IMG/VR virus record: IMGVR_UViG_3300045988_168123
Coordinates: 1-15,136 of that record
Length of the DNA: 15,136 nucleotides
Strand: one strand, 5' to 3'
Source of the DNA: a virus
Shown one piece after another: positions 6,374 through 13,676 of the stretch. The notes under the pieces are model-generated. The model was not told where the DNA came from. It worked only from the letters and a program-made list of their open reading frames with translations, and made no database searches. The stretch's first letter is position 1. The number at the start of each line of letters is the position of its first letter. The position numbers were made by a program, and so were the translations under genes.

Positions 6374-7648
6374 CTAAGATATAGTAACTGTTCCTGTTCC
6401 GCTCACTGTGCTATCAGTTCTGCTTGTAACTGTTACAGTTAAAGTTGTAGCTTTTTCATCGTTTCCAATACTAAGGATATTAGAACCCGGAATGAATTTT
6501 GTAAAAGCTGACTTATTTCCGCTAACTGAATAATCAAATACCTGTGAAACATATCCTGTATCGCCTGTATTTGTTGCTTTTGCTTTGATCTCAACTGTTG
6601 TCGCTTTTGACGCCGTTGCATTTTCAACAGTAATTGTTTCTGCCGCATTCTGTTCCGTTGTGAAAATAATCATCGGAAAGAAAGGACTATAAGAGTACAT
6701 CTGCGACAGTGTATAGAAATAATTCCATGTAAGTGCCGCACCGTTTCTGCTGTCGGACATTGTTCTGAAATTCTCACGCACTTTAAACCAACGCATATCG
6801 AAAAGAACTGCTTTAATTTCCGTGTTTGCAAATTTATCCACAATGATCTTGTGCGCCGTGATATCAACTTTGTTATCGTGAAACGCTGTTGCCAAAACGT
6901 CCACGTCGAGTACTGCGTCCATTTCCGGCGTTACCATGTAATAAATTCCGTTTTCCAATGCAGAGGATGTCGCACCGGCAATGTTATATTCCGGGTGTGG
7001 AAACTTCATCTGATTGATGTAAGATTTCATTGCGATCGTTAATTCACGTGCCGCCGCTGAATCGTTATTTCCACTTACCTGTACATTGTAAAGCTGTCCT
7101 TTTTCATATGCAGATTCAATCAGCATTTTCATTGTCAAGTATTCGTCATATTCCGCACTTGCATAAACCGCTTGCACTTTTGCATTAATAAGATCACGAA
7201 TACCATAGTCACTGGTAAAAGCCATTCTAAGATTATCATAAGTAATCGTTAGTGGATATTGAATCGCTGGATTCACCTTGTGATAAGCCGACATCACATT
7301 GCTGTCGTAAAAAGCAAATAACTCATTCGTTCCGGCAAAAGCGTCGAATGTTTTTCCTTTGATCATATTAACAAAAATTTCCTGTTCCGTAAGTCCATAC
7401 CTCATTGGGTCTGTCTTTAAAGCGGTCAATGGATTTTTGAAATAAGACGCATTGATTTGCGTTAACGCAATTCTGCCTATCAGACTTGCGATAAATTCAT
7501 TCCGAACCGGCTCAACGTTTAAAATTTCATCATAAATACCCTCAATCGAATTTTTAATCGGGTCGGGAATCCGTGTGTTTGGATTCATATCCCGTAACGC
7601 ACGAATAATATTTTCATTAGTTGCCGGTGTTTTTACTGTGGTTGACAT
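6374..7648 (-). CDS. Major capsid protein, 424 aa, with a C-terminal Ig-like (BIG2-type) domain
   Basis: It has a very strong SD (GAGGGGGG) and follows the scaffold gene, as phi29 gene 8 follows gene 7. Its size is similar to gp8. The last ~88 aa (ETITVENATASKATTVEIKAKAT...TLTVTVTSRTDSTVSGTGTVTIS) look like an Ig-like beta-sandwich. Confidence 0.75.
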   Translation of the reverse strand: MSTTVKTPATNENIIRALRDMNPNTRIPDPIKNSIEGIYDEILNVEPVRNEFIASLIGRIALTQINASYFKNPLTALKTDPMRYGLTEQEIFVNMIKGKTFDAFAGTNELFAFYDSNVMSAYHKVNPAIQYPLTITYDNLRMAFTSDYGIRDLINAKVQAVYASAEYDEYLTMKMLIESAYEKGQLYNVQVSGNNDSAAARELTIAMKSYINQMKFPHPEYNIAGATSSALENGIYYMVTPEMDAVLDVDVLATAFHDNKVDITAHKIIVDKFANTEIKAVLFDMRWFKVRENFRTMSDSRNGAALTWNYFYTLSQMYSYSPFFPMIIFTTEQNAAETITVENATASKATTVEIKAKATNTGDTGYVSQVFDYSVSGNKSAFTKFIPGSNILSIGNDEKATTLTVTVTSRTDSTVSGTGTVTIS

Positions 7649-7662
7649 TTCTTTACCCCCCT

Positions 7663-7944
7663 CTACTCTGTTTCTGCTGAAAAATCAAGAGAACCAACAT
7701 CTACTGTTTTCGGTTCTTCTTCTTTTTCGTCCTCTGTTACATCTGCTCGCACCTCTGTATTCAGAGATTCTTTAAACCGTTTTTTGTAAACCTCTGATAA
7801 TTCACGGTATTTTGTTTCCCAGTCATCAGCGTTTACAGAACTTGTATTTTCATTTTTTAATGTTTCTACAACCTCATCAAATTCCGCAATCCGTTCTTCT
7901 GGGATAATGTCAATTACTTTACTGATTGCTTCATCAAAAGTCAT
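7663..7944 (-). CDS. Scaffolding protein, 93 aa (gp7-like by position and composition)
   Basis: It is a small, highly acidic protein predicted to be helical. It is the first gene after the late promoter and lies immediately upstream of the capsid gene. Confidence 0.6.
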   Translation of the reverse strand: MTFDEAISKVIDIIPEERIAEFDEVVETLKNENTSSVNADDWETKYRELSEVYKKRFKESLNTEVRADVTEDEKEEEPKTVDVGSLDFSAETE

Positions 7945-7970
7945 TTTTCTATACCTCTCTTTCTAAATAT

Positions 7971-7999
7971 ATTGTAATATAAAGTTGGTTGCGTGTCAA
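7971..7999 (-). promoter_or_regulatory. Late (structural-gene) sigma-A-type promoter
   Basis: Minus strand reads TTGACA (7999-7994), 17-bp spacer, TACAAT (7976-7971). SD AGAGAGG and the scaffold ATG at 7944 follow. The -35 overlaps the stop codon of the upstream gene. Confidence 0.65.
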
Positions 8000-8658
8000 G
8001 AAAAAGTTTTAAAATAAGCATTCCTTAAATAAAAAAGCTGTTTAAACTCTTTCTTAATTGGTTTAATTGGTGTTGGCGGTTCTGTTCCGGCAAAAATACT
8101 GTAATAATATTCTCCATAAGCCGCTCTTAAATTTTCCTGTGACGCTGATTGATCAGCCGGCTGTTCATAATTATGCAGAACAAAATCACTTGCATGCTTA
8201 ATAGAAGTTGCTGTTTGACATGTAGTTAAAGTGCTTCTATAACCACCTTGCAATTCAGATAATGCAAAACCTACTGCTACATTCACGTCTCCGACCTGTG
8301 ATATTCCACTTGCTTTCCAAAAATCCCAGTAAGCAGATTTTCTAGTCGGGTATGTCCATTGCGCCAAGCTATAACCTAATTTATTGGTAACAAATTCATT
8401 TTTTGTAATTGTTCCGTTATCTATTGAGTTAGAATAATCAACAGAAATTTGAGTCGGCGGCGTATCTCCTTGTTTGCAAAATGGACAATTATAACTTTCT
8501 ACTTGCCAGTTTCCCATGATTCCGGCAACGCCGTATTCATTTCCAACGATTGCCTTTAATAAACTCCATATGCTTGCGGCGTAATTAAACACCCGGACAC
8601 TTACTGTGCCATAGTTTGAGTTATAAGCGACAACCGTAGAAGATAAATCATAAGCCAT
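7996..8658 (-). CDS. Phage-tail-lysozyme-like (Phage_lysozyme2-type) muralytic protein, 220 aa
   Basis: Three motifs are typical of that family: GIMGNWQVES, GYSLAQWTYPTRKSAYWDFW and FVLHNYEQPAD...RAAYGEYYYSIF. There is no clear SD, and the ATG lies 2 nt after the endolysin stop. Confidence 0.6.
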   Translation of the reverse strand: MAYDLSSTVVAYNSNYGTVSVRVFNYAASIWSLLKAIVGNEYGVAGIMGNWQVESYNCPFCKQGDTPPTQISVDYSNSIDNGTITKNEFVTNKLGYSLAQWTYPTRKSAYWDFWKASGISQVGDVNVAVGFALSELQGGYRSTLTTCQTATSIKHASDFVLHNYEQPADQSASQENLRAAYGEYYYSIFAGTEPPTPIKPIKKEFKQLFYLRNAYFKTFS

Positions 8659-8660
8659 AA

Positions 8661-9326
8661 TTATTCAACAGAGGAAAAACCGGCTGACCATGTGTTTTTT
8701 CCCACTTTTCCGTCTACTGTCAATCCGTGATTTTTCTGAAAAGATTTTGTAACTTTTTCAGTATTTGCACCAAAAACACCATCAGGCGTAATGCCTATAA
8801 TACACTGCCATATTTTAACGGCTTTTCCTTTACTTCCTTTTTGAATTAATTTCATATTATAATCTCCATTTTCTAAACCACACGAAACTTTTACTGCTGT
8901 TTTAAAAAGTACACATTCCTGTTTTCTCCGTGACTCAAGACCACTAAGTTTTTTCTTTTTTCCATTTACAGTAGCATAACAGTATTTTAACATTGCAACT
9001 GCAATTTGCTGTTTTGTCCGTGTTCCATTTGCGGTGACTCCTTTCACATTTCCGACATTGAATGCAAAGGAAACCAGAGCGGAAAATTCATTTTCATTGA
9101 AATTGTAATTTCCTTTTGCATTGATATTGGAAACCATTTTTTCGAATCTCTCAACGTCTTTCTTAAGAAGTTTATCAGCATCTTCTTTACAGATAAAATC
9201 ACCATCTTTTACGCCACCGGTGTGCCCAAAACCGATCGTCCAAACTCCCGCCGGACATCTATAAGCTCTTGCACGAAAACCCTCAAAACGCTTAATGATG
9301 ATTAAGCCTTTTTCATTTATTTTCAT
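8661..9326 (-). CDS. Endolysin: GH24 phage lysozyme plus C-terminal PG_binding_1 domain, 221 aa
   Basis: The N-terminus KINEKGLIIIKRFEGFRARAYRCPAGVWTIGFGHT is the GH24/T4-type lysozyme signature, with the catalytic Glu in FEG. The C-terminus KGKAVKIWQCIIGITPDGVFGANTEKVTKSFQKNHGLTVDGKVGKNTW is a peptidoglycan-binding repeat. I prefer ATG 9326 (SD AGAGGTGG 5 nt upstream) to the GTG at 9335 used by the ORF track. Confidence 0.9.
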   Translation of the reverse strand: MKINEKGLIIIKRFEGFRARAYRCPAGVWTIGFGHTGGVKDGDFICKEDADKLLKKDVERFEKMVSNINAKGNYNFNENEFSALVSFAFNVGNVKGVTANGTRTKQQIAVAMLKYCYATVNGKKKKLSGLESRRKQECVLFKTAVKVSCGLENGDYNMKLIQKGSKGKAVKIWQCIIGITPDGVFGANTEKVTKSFQKNHGLTVDGKVGKNTWSAGFSSVE

Positions 9327-9717
9327 CTTTTCCACCTCTGATTTGTATACATTTTTCTTTTAACCAATCCGGTAAGGGGATATATTCCCCAGTATTTTCA
9401 ACAATACTCAATCCCTCATTTGCACAAAAGAATGACAAGATAACTTTTGTCAAATCAGTTCTTAAATAAAAATCAAAAGCCATGCAAAGAGAAACGATCA
9501 CAACCATGTAAAATTTTTTCACAATTCCGGCAAAGCAAACCTCTGAATTTAAAGTACCATTCTGAAATGCTTTCACAATTCCTGTGATGAAATCTAAACA
9601 CATCAGAATATAAAGCACTGGCAGATAATTAATTCCGGTAAATAAAAAACCGACAACAGCCAAAACTATTGTTATTAACAACACTGCTACTGAAAACATT
9701 TTTTTGCTTATTTTCAT
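9313..9717 (-). CDS. Holin (Phage_holin_4_1 / LL-H type), 134 aa
   Basis: There are several hydrophobic TM segments (FSVAVLLITIVLAVVGFLF, LPVLYILMCLDFITGIV, FYMVVIVSLCMAFDFYL). The family signature FFCANEGLSIVENTGEYIPLPDWL is present. The start is placed at ATG 9717 after SD AGAGAGGAAAAA. The ORF stays open in frame up to ATG 9843 (see findings). Confidence 0.85.
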   Translation of the reverse strand: MKISKKMFSVAVLLITIVLAVVGFLFTGINYLPVLYILMCLDFITGIVKAFQNGTLNSEVCFAGIVKKFYMVVIVSLCMAFDFYLRTDLTKVILSFFCANEGLSIVENTGEYIPLPDWLKEKCIQIRGGKDENK

Positions 9718-9737
9718 TTTTTCCTCTCTTTCTATGG

Positions 9738-9815
9738 GGCGGTTTCTTTTAACTTCTCCACCACGGAGATACGCACTGTTTTTCCAGTTGGTTCTGCTAT
9801 CAGTTAAAATCCACC
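9738..9815 (-). promoter_or_regulatory. Structured non-coding leader / candidate small RNA between the ATPase and holin genes
   Basis: On the minus strand, GGUGG-A-UUUUAACU (9815-9802) can pair with AGUUAAAA-GAAA-CCGCC (9754-9738). These enclose two hairpins: ACUG/CAGU (9788-9775) and UCUCC-GUGGU-GGAGA (9769-9755). Folded by eye only. Confidence 0.25.
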
Positions 9816-9833
9816 GTTTTTCCCCGTGATTAA

Positions 9834-9862
9834 ACAATATCATATTTATCCGTACATGTCAA
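9834..9862 (-). promoter_or_regulatory. Candidate promoter in the last codons of the ATPase gene (lysis cassette / leader)
   Basis: Minus strand reads TTGACA (9862-9857), 17-bp spacer, extended -10 TGaTATTGT (9842-9834). It shares AGGTATTGACA with the promoter at the polymerase gene end. Confidence 0.45.
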
Positions 9863-10907
9863 TACCTAACAATAAAAAAATTATATTTTTTATTTCAATA
9901 TTTTCAAAAGTTAAATAAGCATTATCGAATGCATTTTCCAATGTTTTGAAAATGAAAGATGAACGCTTTAACATAACAGTATTTTGACTATGATTTTCCG
10001 GCGTAAAAGCAAAAGTATAAAATGCACTGGGATCAATTTTATCATTGCAGTGTATTTCTCCACTTTCATAAAATTCACGCACACCGATTTTTTTATCGCC
10101 GTATTCTATTGTACATAAATATCGAGATTTTCCAGTCTGCTTTTTAATGAAAGCGGACATATTAATCAAATAAGAATTTTTTGCTGTCATGTACTCTGTA
10201 AATGCTGAATTTGATTCGGAAAAGGCACGGACAATATTATTTCCCGATACCGCTTTATCTGCTGATGAATTATAACCCTGTTCCAAAACCCAACCATGAC
10301 CACGGAGAAAATGCACGTTATCCGTTAAACGTTGCGTGATTCCCAGTGAAATGTAATAAGGATTCAGAATTGATATATTGTTCGATAACATGTAAAGATC
10401 AATGTTTCGTGACTGCGAACCACCACCACGGGCGATTGATATAATCAATGACATTAATTTTTGCGGTTCATTTTTCATATAACGTCCGTTTTCTAACTGG
10501 TATTCATCGAATAATGCACGATTTACATTATAAAAAAGCGGACTGTATTTTTTCATTTTATCGACTGCAAATAAACCGACAGCATAACCGCATAAATGAC
10601 TTTCTTCATCCTTTAATATAATCTGATAAAACAGACCTTTCGCACATGCTTTTGTTTCCATTGAATAATTCGGATATTCTCTTTGCAAAATATCAGCAAA
10701 AATGTTGTGTGCGTCCGACATTTCATATTGGTTTCGATAAATGATTGCAAATTGTGTTCCGTCCTGTAAAAAATACTCGATAAATTCTTTCAATACTGCT
10801 GTTGTTTTTCCGGCAGATCGGTTACTTGAAATAAGGAAAATGGACGGTTTTTTCCCGTCCAAGTCCTTTATCTTTTTTATTTTATCGAGCGTATAATAAC
10901 CGCTCAT
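9846..10907 (-). CDS. DNA encapsidation (packaging) ATPase, phi29 gp16-like, 353 aa
   Basis: Walker A is SSNRSAGKTT and Walker B is ALFDEY. Two blocks align with remembered gp16. FLISSNRSAGKTTAVLKEFIEYFLQDGTQFAIIYRN matches FVIGARGIGKSYAMKVYPINRFIKYGEQFIYVRRY. YMLSNNISILNPYYISLGI matches ICLSNAVSVVNPYFLFFNL. The start overlaps the upstream stop (TAATG). Confidence 0.9.
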   Translation of the reverse strand: MSGYYTLDKIKKIKDLDGKKPSIFLISSNRSAGKTTAVLKEFIEYFLQDGTQFAIIYRNQYEMSDAHNIFADILQREYPNYSMETKACAKGLFYQIILKDEESHLCGYAVGLFAVDKMKKYSPLFYNVNRALFDEYQLENGRYMKNEPQKLMSLIISIARGGGSQSRNIDLYMLSNNISILNPYYISLGITQRLTDNVHFLRGHGWVLEQGYNSSADKAVSGNNIVRAFSESNSAFTEYMTAKNSYLINMSAFIKKQTGKSRYLCTIEYGDKKIGVREFYESGEIHCNDKIDPSAFYTFAFTPENHSQNTVMLKRSSFIFKTLENAFDNAYLTFENIEIKNIIFLLLGIDMYG

Positions 10908-11239
10908 TACAGTATCTCCAGAGTTAAGAATTTTCTTCCGTTTTTACTCTCCGATGAGCGAATAGTAAAAGGAATACCGGCTTTAATTTCTTCCGGTGTG
11001 TATTCTGCCTCAATCATTTCAACAGTAGAACGGACGTTTGCAGATGTAGAACCGATAAAACCATCCTGTGTTTTAATTGATGTAACGATCTGTACTGTAC
11101 CATCTTCTTTTGTATCTTCATAAATTACAAAACCGGTCATTATTAATGATACCCCGGTATAATCTTTCATTACGCCCATTGCATTGCCGGCGTTGATAGC
11201 ATCTTTTTTGCTGTCTAAATTTGTACTTAAAACTTTCAT
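10907..11239 (-). CDS. Putative ssDNA-binding protein (phi29 p5-like), 110 aa
   Basis: SD AAGGAG lies upstream. The C-terminal half resembles remembered phi29 p5. [31 protein letters not shown] matches [51 protein letters not shown] matches FKVKVVQGTSSKGNVFFSLQLSL. The similarity is from memory, not computed. Confidence 0.5.
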   Translation of the reverse strand: [110 protein letters not shown]

Positions 11240-11263
11240 GTCTCTTCTCCTTTTCTTTTACAG

Positions 11264-11560
11264 TTATTTAGCGTCTACCAGTTTACCATCTACTACCGGT
11301 TTTGCAATTTTCAGAAATTCTTCCACCGTAATACCAAGCAGACGTTCGCTTGTAGATGTTACTTCCGCAATGACTTTTTTCACGTCGTGTTCTTTAGCGA
11401 TCTTTTTAAGATCGCTTTCTTTTAATTTCTCCGGCACTGTTACAGTATCTAACATAGTGATTGCACCATCTTCCAAACTGTACAGATTATAAGTATAACT
11501 GTCTGTCACGGTTCGTGTTAATAAAGGTACTCTTTTTCCTGTCTTTTCTTTGTTACTCAT
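11264..11560 (-). CDS. Putative dsDNA-binding replication accessory protein (phi29 p6-like), 98 aa
   Basis: I prefer ATG 11560 (SD AGAGAGGAAAG upstream) to the TTG at 11605 used in the ORF track. It is the first gene after a near-consensus promoter. The C-terminal LGITVEEFLKIAKPVV resembles remembered p6 YELPVEKFLEVATVRV. It is small and charged. Confidence 0.4.
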   Translation of the reverse strand: MSNKEKTGKRVPLLTRTVTDSYTYNLYSLEDGAITMLDTVTVPEKLKESDLKKIAKEHDVKKVIAEVTSTSERLLGITVEEFLKIAKPVVDGKLVDAK

Positions 11561-11609
11561 TCTTTCTTTCCTCTCTTTCTTGAGTTTGTCTGTTCCTTTG
11601 AACAATTAT

Positions 11610-11638
11610 ATATTAACAGATTTATTGTATTCTGTCAA
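11610..11638 (-). promoter_or_regulatory. Near-consensus sigma-A-type promoter embedded in the last codons of the polymerase gene
   Basis: Minus strand reads TTGACA (11638-11633, inside codons G-I-D of ...GIDRIQ*), a 17-bp spacer ending in TGt, then -10 TAATAT (11615-11610). Confidence 0.65.
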
Positions 11639-13676
11639 TACCTTTTTCATAAATTTCAGAAAAATTTTTTTCCAGTAATTCCCTAAATGTATTTGATACA
11701 CCTAGTGTATAAGTAGTATCAAAAAGTGCAAGAGAAGAAGCTGTTAAAAAAGATGAATTATTAAAATCTATATAATGAGGTTCTTCCTCTACATAATAGG
11801 CAACCTGTCTGCCAACATCATTAAGCGGTTCACCTGTTATTTTGAAATTCTCTATACTTTCTATTCTCTCTGCACCTTTTTTCTTTGACATTCCTGCAAC
11901 TGTAATATGAAAACCTTTTTCATCATTATAGGCATATTTTTTTGCTCCCCATGTTCGAAACTCTGAATATTTCCCATCATCTTCCCACACGCCTAAATAA
12001 TACTTTTTATTATCTTTTTCAGAATAGGCTTTTGGAAAAGCATTTTCGTCATCCTCTATAATTCTTTTGTTCAATTCTTCAAAAACATCGTCATGATCTC
12101 CAACATATTTTACTGAATCCGTATCGCAATATACAAAATCATTTCCAACTTCTGTAACTGCTAAACGTAATTCGTAACGTGCTCCGGCTGTTATCCACAC
12201 GCCCCATTGATAAGGTAAGAAATTATTCATAGATTTGTAAAATTTATCCAATGATTCTTTCAAGTCCTCTTTTTCTACTTTCCATTTTATATCACTTTCA
12301 GCATTGTAATAAATTTCATCATGGTCAATGGCAGTAACCATCATGCCAAAAGAACTATTGACATCATTTTTCTTTTTAGCATATTCATACTCCTTTCCGC
12401 TAACATCTTTTAATTGTGTCTTACCATCATAAAGTTCCATCAAATACTCCCGTAATTCAACAGGTAATAAACCTCTTTTCGCTATGTACATTTTTTCTAC
12501 TTTAATACTTAAAAATTCATAACTCATTCTAATACACTTAATATCTAATTCTGTACATGTTAAATTTATCATTTTTGCTGAAACGATTCTACCATTATCA
12601 TTAATAATATCTGAATGTCTCAAGCAATGTGCTAAATCAATATACGGACACGGCTGATCTATTTTATTCTCAAGTTCAAATATCGTGACATTCATCAAAC
12701 ATGCATAATTATCAATGTAATTATCAAATTCCTCTTGTGACCTAGGAACAACAAAAGTAAACGGAGACATTGGGAAAATAGGTTGATTCATTACAGCCGG
12801 ATAAGATGACTGACGATCTTTACTTTTTACATTTACAATAATGTAACCAACTTTATACCTATTTGCATGTGTGTCGCCACCACGAAAAGCCTGTTTACAC
12901 ATTGTATAAGTTTCCGGTGTTAACCTTAATTTTATAAACAAATCACGATTCCGTTTATTTTTCATCCTTTTTCTATAATCACGTCGGACATAACCGGTGC
13001 TTGTGAGAGGTATAGTTGTTAGTTCATCATCTAATAAGCGAGTTTCGACACATTCATAAAGACCAGCAACGTCACAATAACAGTAACCTAGTTCTTCTTC
13101 TGTCATTTCCGTGTCACATGTTCTTATCTTCTTATAATTATAATTTTCTCCGGACATTTTAAAATGAAAACATAATTTTGAATTTTCACAAAATTTCTGC
13201 AAATTCATATTACTTAAAAAATAAGAACAACGAAACTCTATTCCATGTGATAAATAATAAAGAACTTTGTGCCTACCTTTTGCAAATAATTCATCCGGTT
13301 TTAGAAAATCCTTTATGAATTGAAATTCAAAAGATAAATTGTGAACATAACAAACCAATCTCTTACTTTCATTTAATTCTAAACGTTCTACTAAAAAATC
13401 AATGAACGCTAAAAACTCTTCCCAACGTCTACCGAAAATAACGCTATGATTAATGCATGCTTGCCAGTGGTACATAAACGCTTTTGGCTGTTCGTTTATC
13501 ATAACAGATGTCGTTTCAATATCAAACGTCATGAAAAAAGATGTAATATAAGTTATTTCAGTTTTTCCTTTTTTCCGGCGTTTTGTATCATAAACAACAG
13601 GTATATTTAATTCATCCAATGAATATATTTTTTCTCTATTAATACCGTTTTTATTAGGAACATTTATATATTTCAT
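11622..13676 (-). CDS. Family-B, protein-primed DNA polymerase, 684 aa
   Basis: All pPolB motifs are present. Exo I is FDIETT (D52, E54). Exo II is HNLSFEFQF (N113..E117). Exo III is YCYCD (Y198..D202). Motif A is DRQSSYPAVM (D287). Motif B is KKKNDVNSSFG. Motif C is VYCDTDSVKY (nt 12114-12131). KxY is GAKKYAY. The start overlaps the upstream gene (ATGA). Confidence 0.97.
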   Translation of the reverse strand: MKYINVPNKNGINREKIYSLDELNIPVVYDTKRRKKGKTEITYITSFFMTFDIETTSVMINEQPKAFMYHWQACINHSVIFGRRWEEFLAFIDFLVERLELNESKRLVCYVHNLSFEFQFIKDFLKPDELFAKGRHKVLYYLSHGIEFRCSYFLSNMNLQKFCENSKLCFHFKMSGENYNYKKIRTCDTEMTEEELGYCYCDVAGLYECVETRLLDDELTTIPLTSTGYVRRDYRKRMKNKRNRDLFIKLRLTPETYTMCKQAFRGGDTHANRYKVGYIIVNVKSKDRQSSYPAVMNQPIFPMSPFTFVVPRSQEEFDNYIDNYACLMNVTIFELENKIDQPCPYIDLAHCLRHSDIINDNGRIVSAKMINLTCTELDIKCIRMSYEFLSIKVEKMYIAKRGLLPVELREYLMELYDGKTQLKDVSGKEYEYAKKKNDVNSSFGMMVTAIDHDEIYYNAESDIKWKVEKEDLKESLDKFYKSMNNFLPYQWGVWITAGARYELRLAVTEVGNDFVYCDTDSVKYVGDHDDVFEELNKRIIEDDENAFPKAYSEKDNKKYYLGVWEDDGKYSEFRTWGAKKYAYNDEKGFHITVAGMSKKKGAERIESIENFKITGEPLNDVGRQVAYYVEEEPHYIDFNNSSFLTASSLALFDTTYTLGVSNTFRELLEKNFSEIYEKGIDRIQ

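Noticed and set aside
6439-6867. Two alternative-frame minus-strand ORFs (69 and 65 aa) inside the capsid gene
   Set aside because: They are out of frame with a strongly supported gene, have no start signals and give Gln/Arg/Lys-rich low-complexity translations. I saw no slippery site that would suggest a frameshift product.
7656-7661. C6 (G6 on the coding strand) homopolymer, unusual in this AT-rich genome, considered as a slippage or phase-variation tract
   Set aside because: It is the Shine-Dalgarno (GAGGGGGG) of the capsid gene, 7 nt upstream of the ATG. A strong RBS for the most abundant protein explains it.
9327-9335. GTG start (MEKMKINEK...) for the endolysin
   Set aside because: The GTG lies within the SD sequence AGAGGTGG itself. 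ATG 9326 has ideal spacing from that SD.
11561-11605. TTG-initiated 15-codon N-terminal extension of the p6-like gene (the ORF track gives 113 aa)
   Set aside because: The predicted TSS of the 11610-11638 promoter lies at about 11603. The strong SD AGAGAGGAAAG sits just before ATG 11560, so the shorter form is far more likely.
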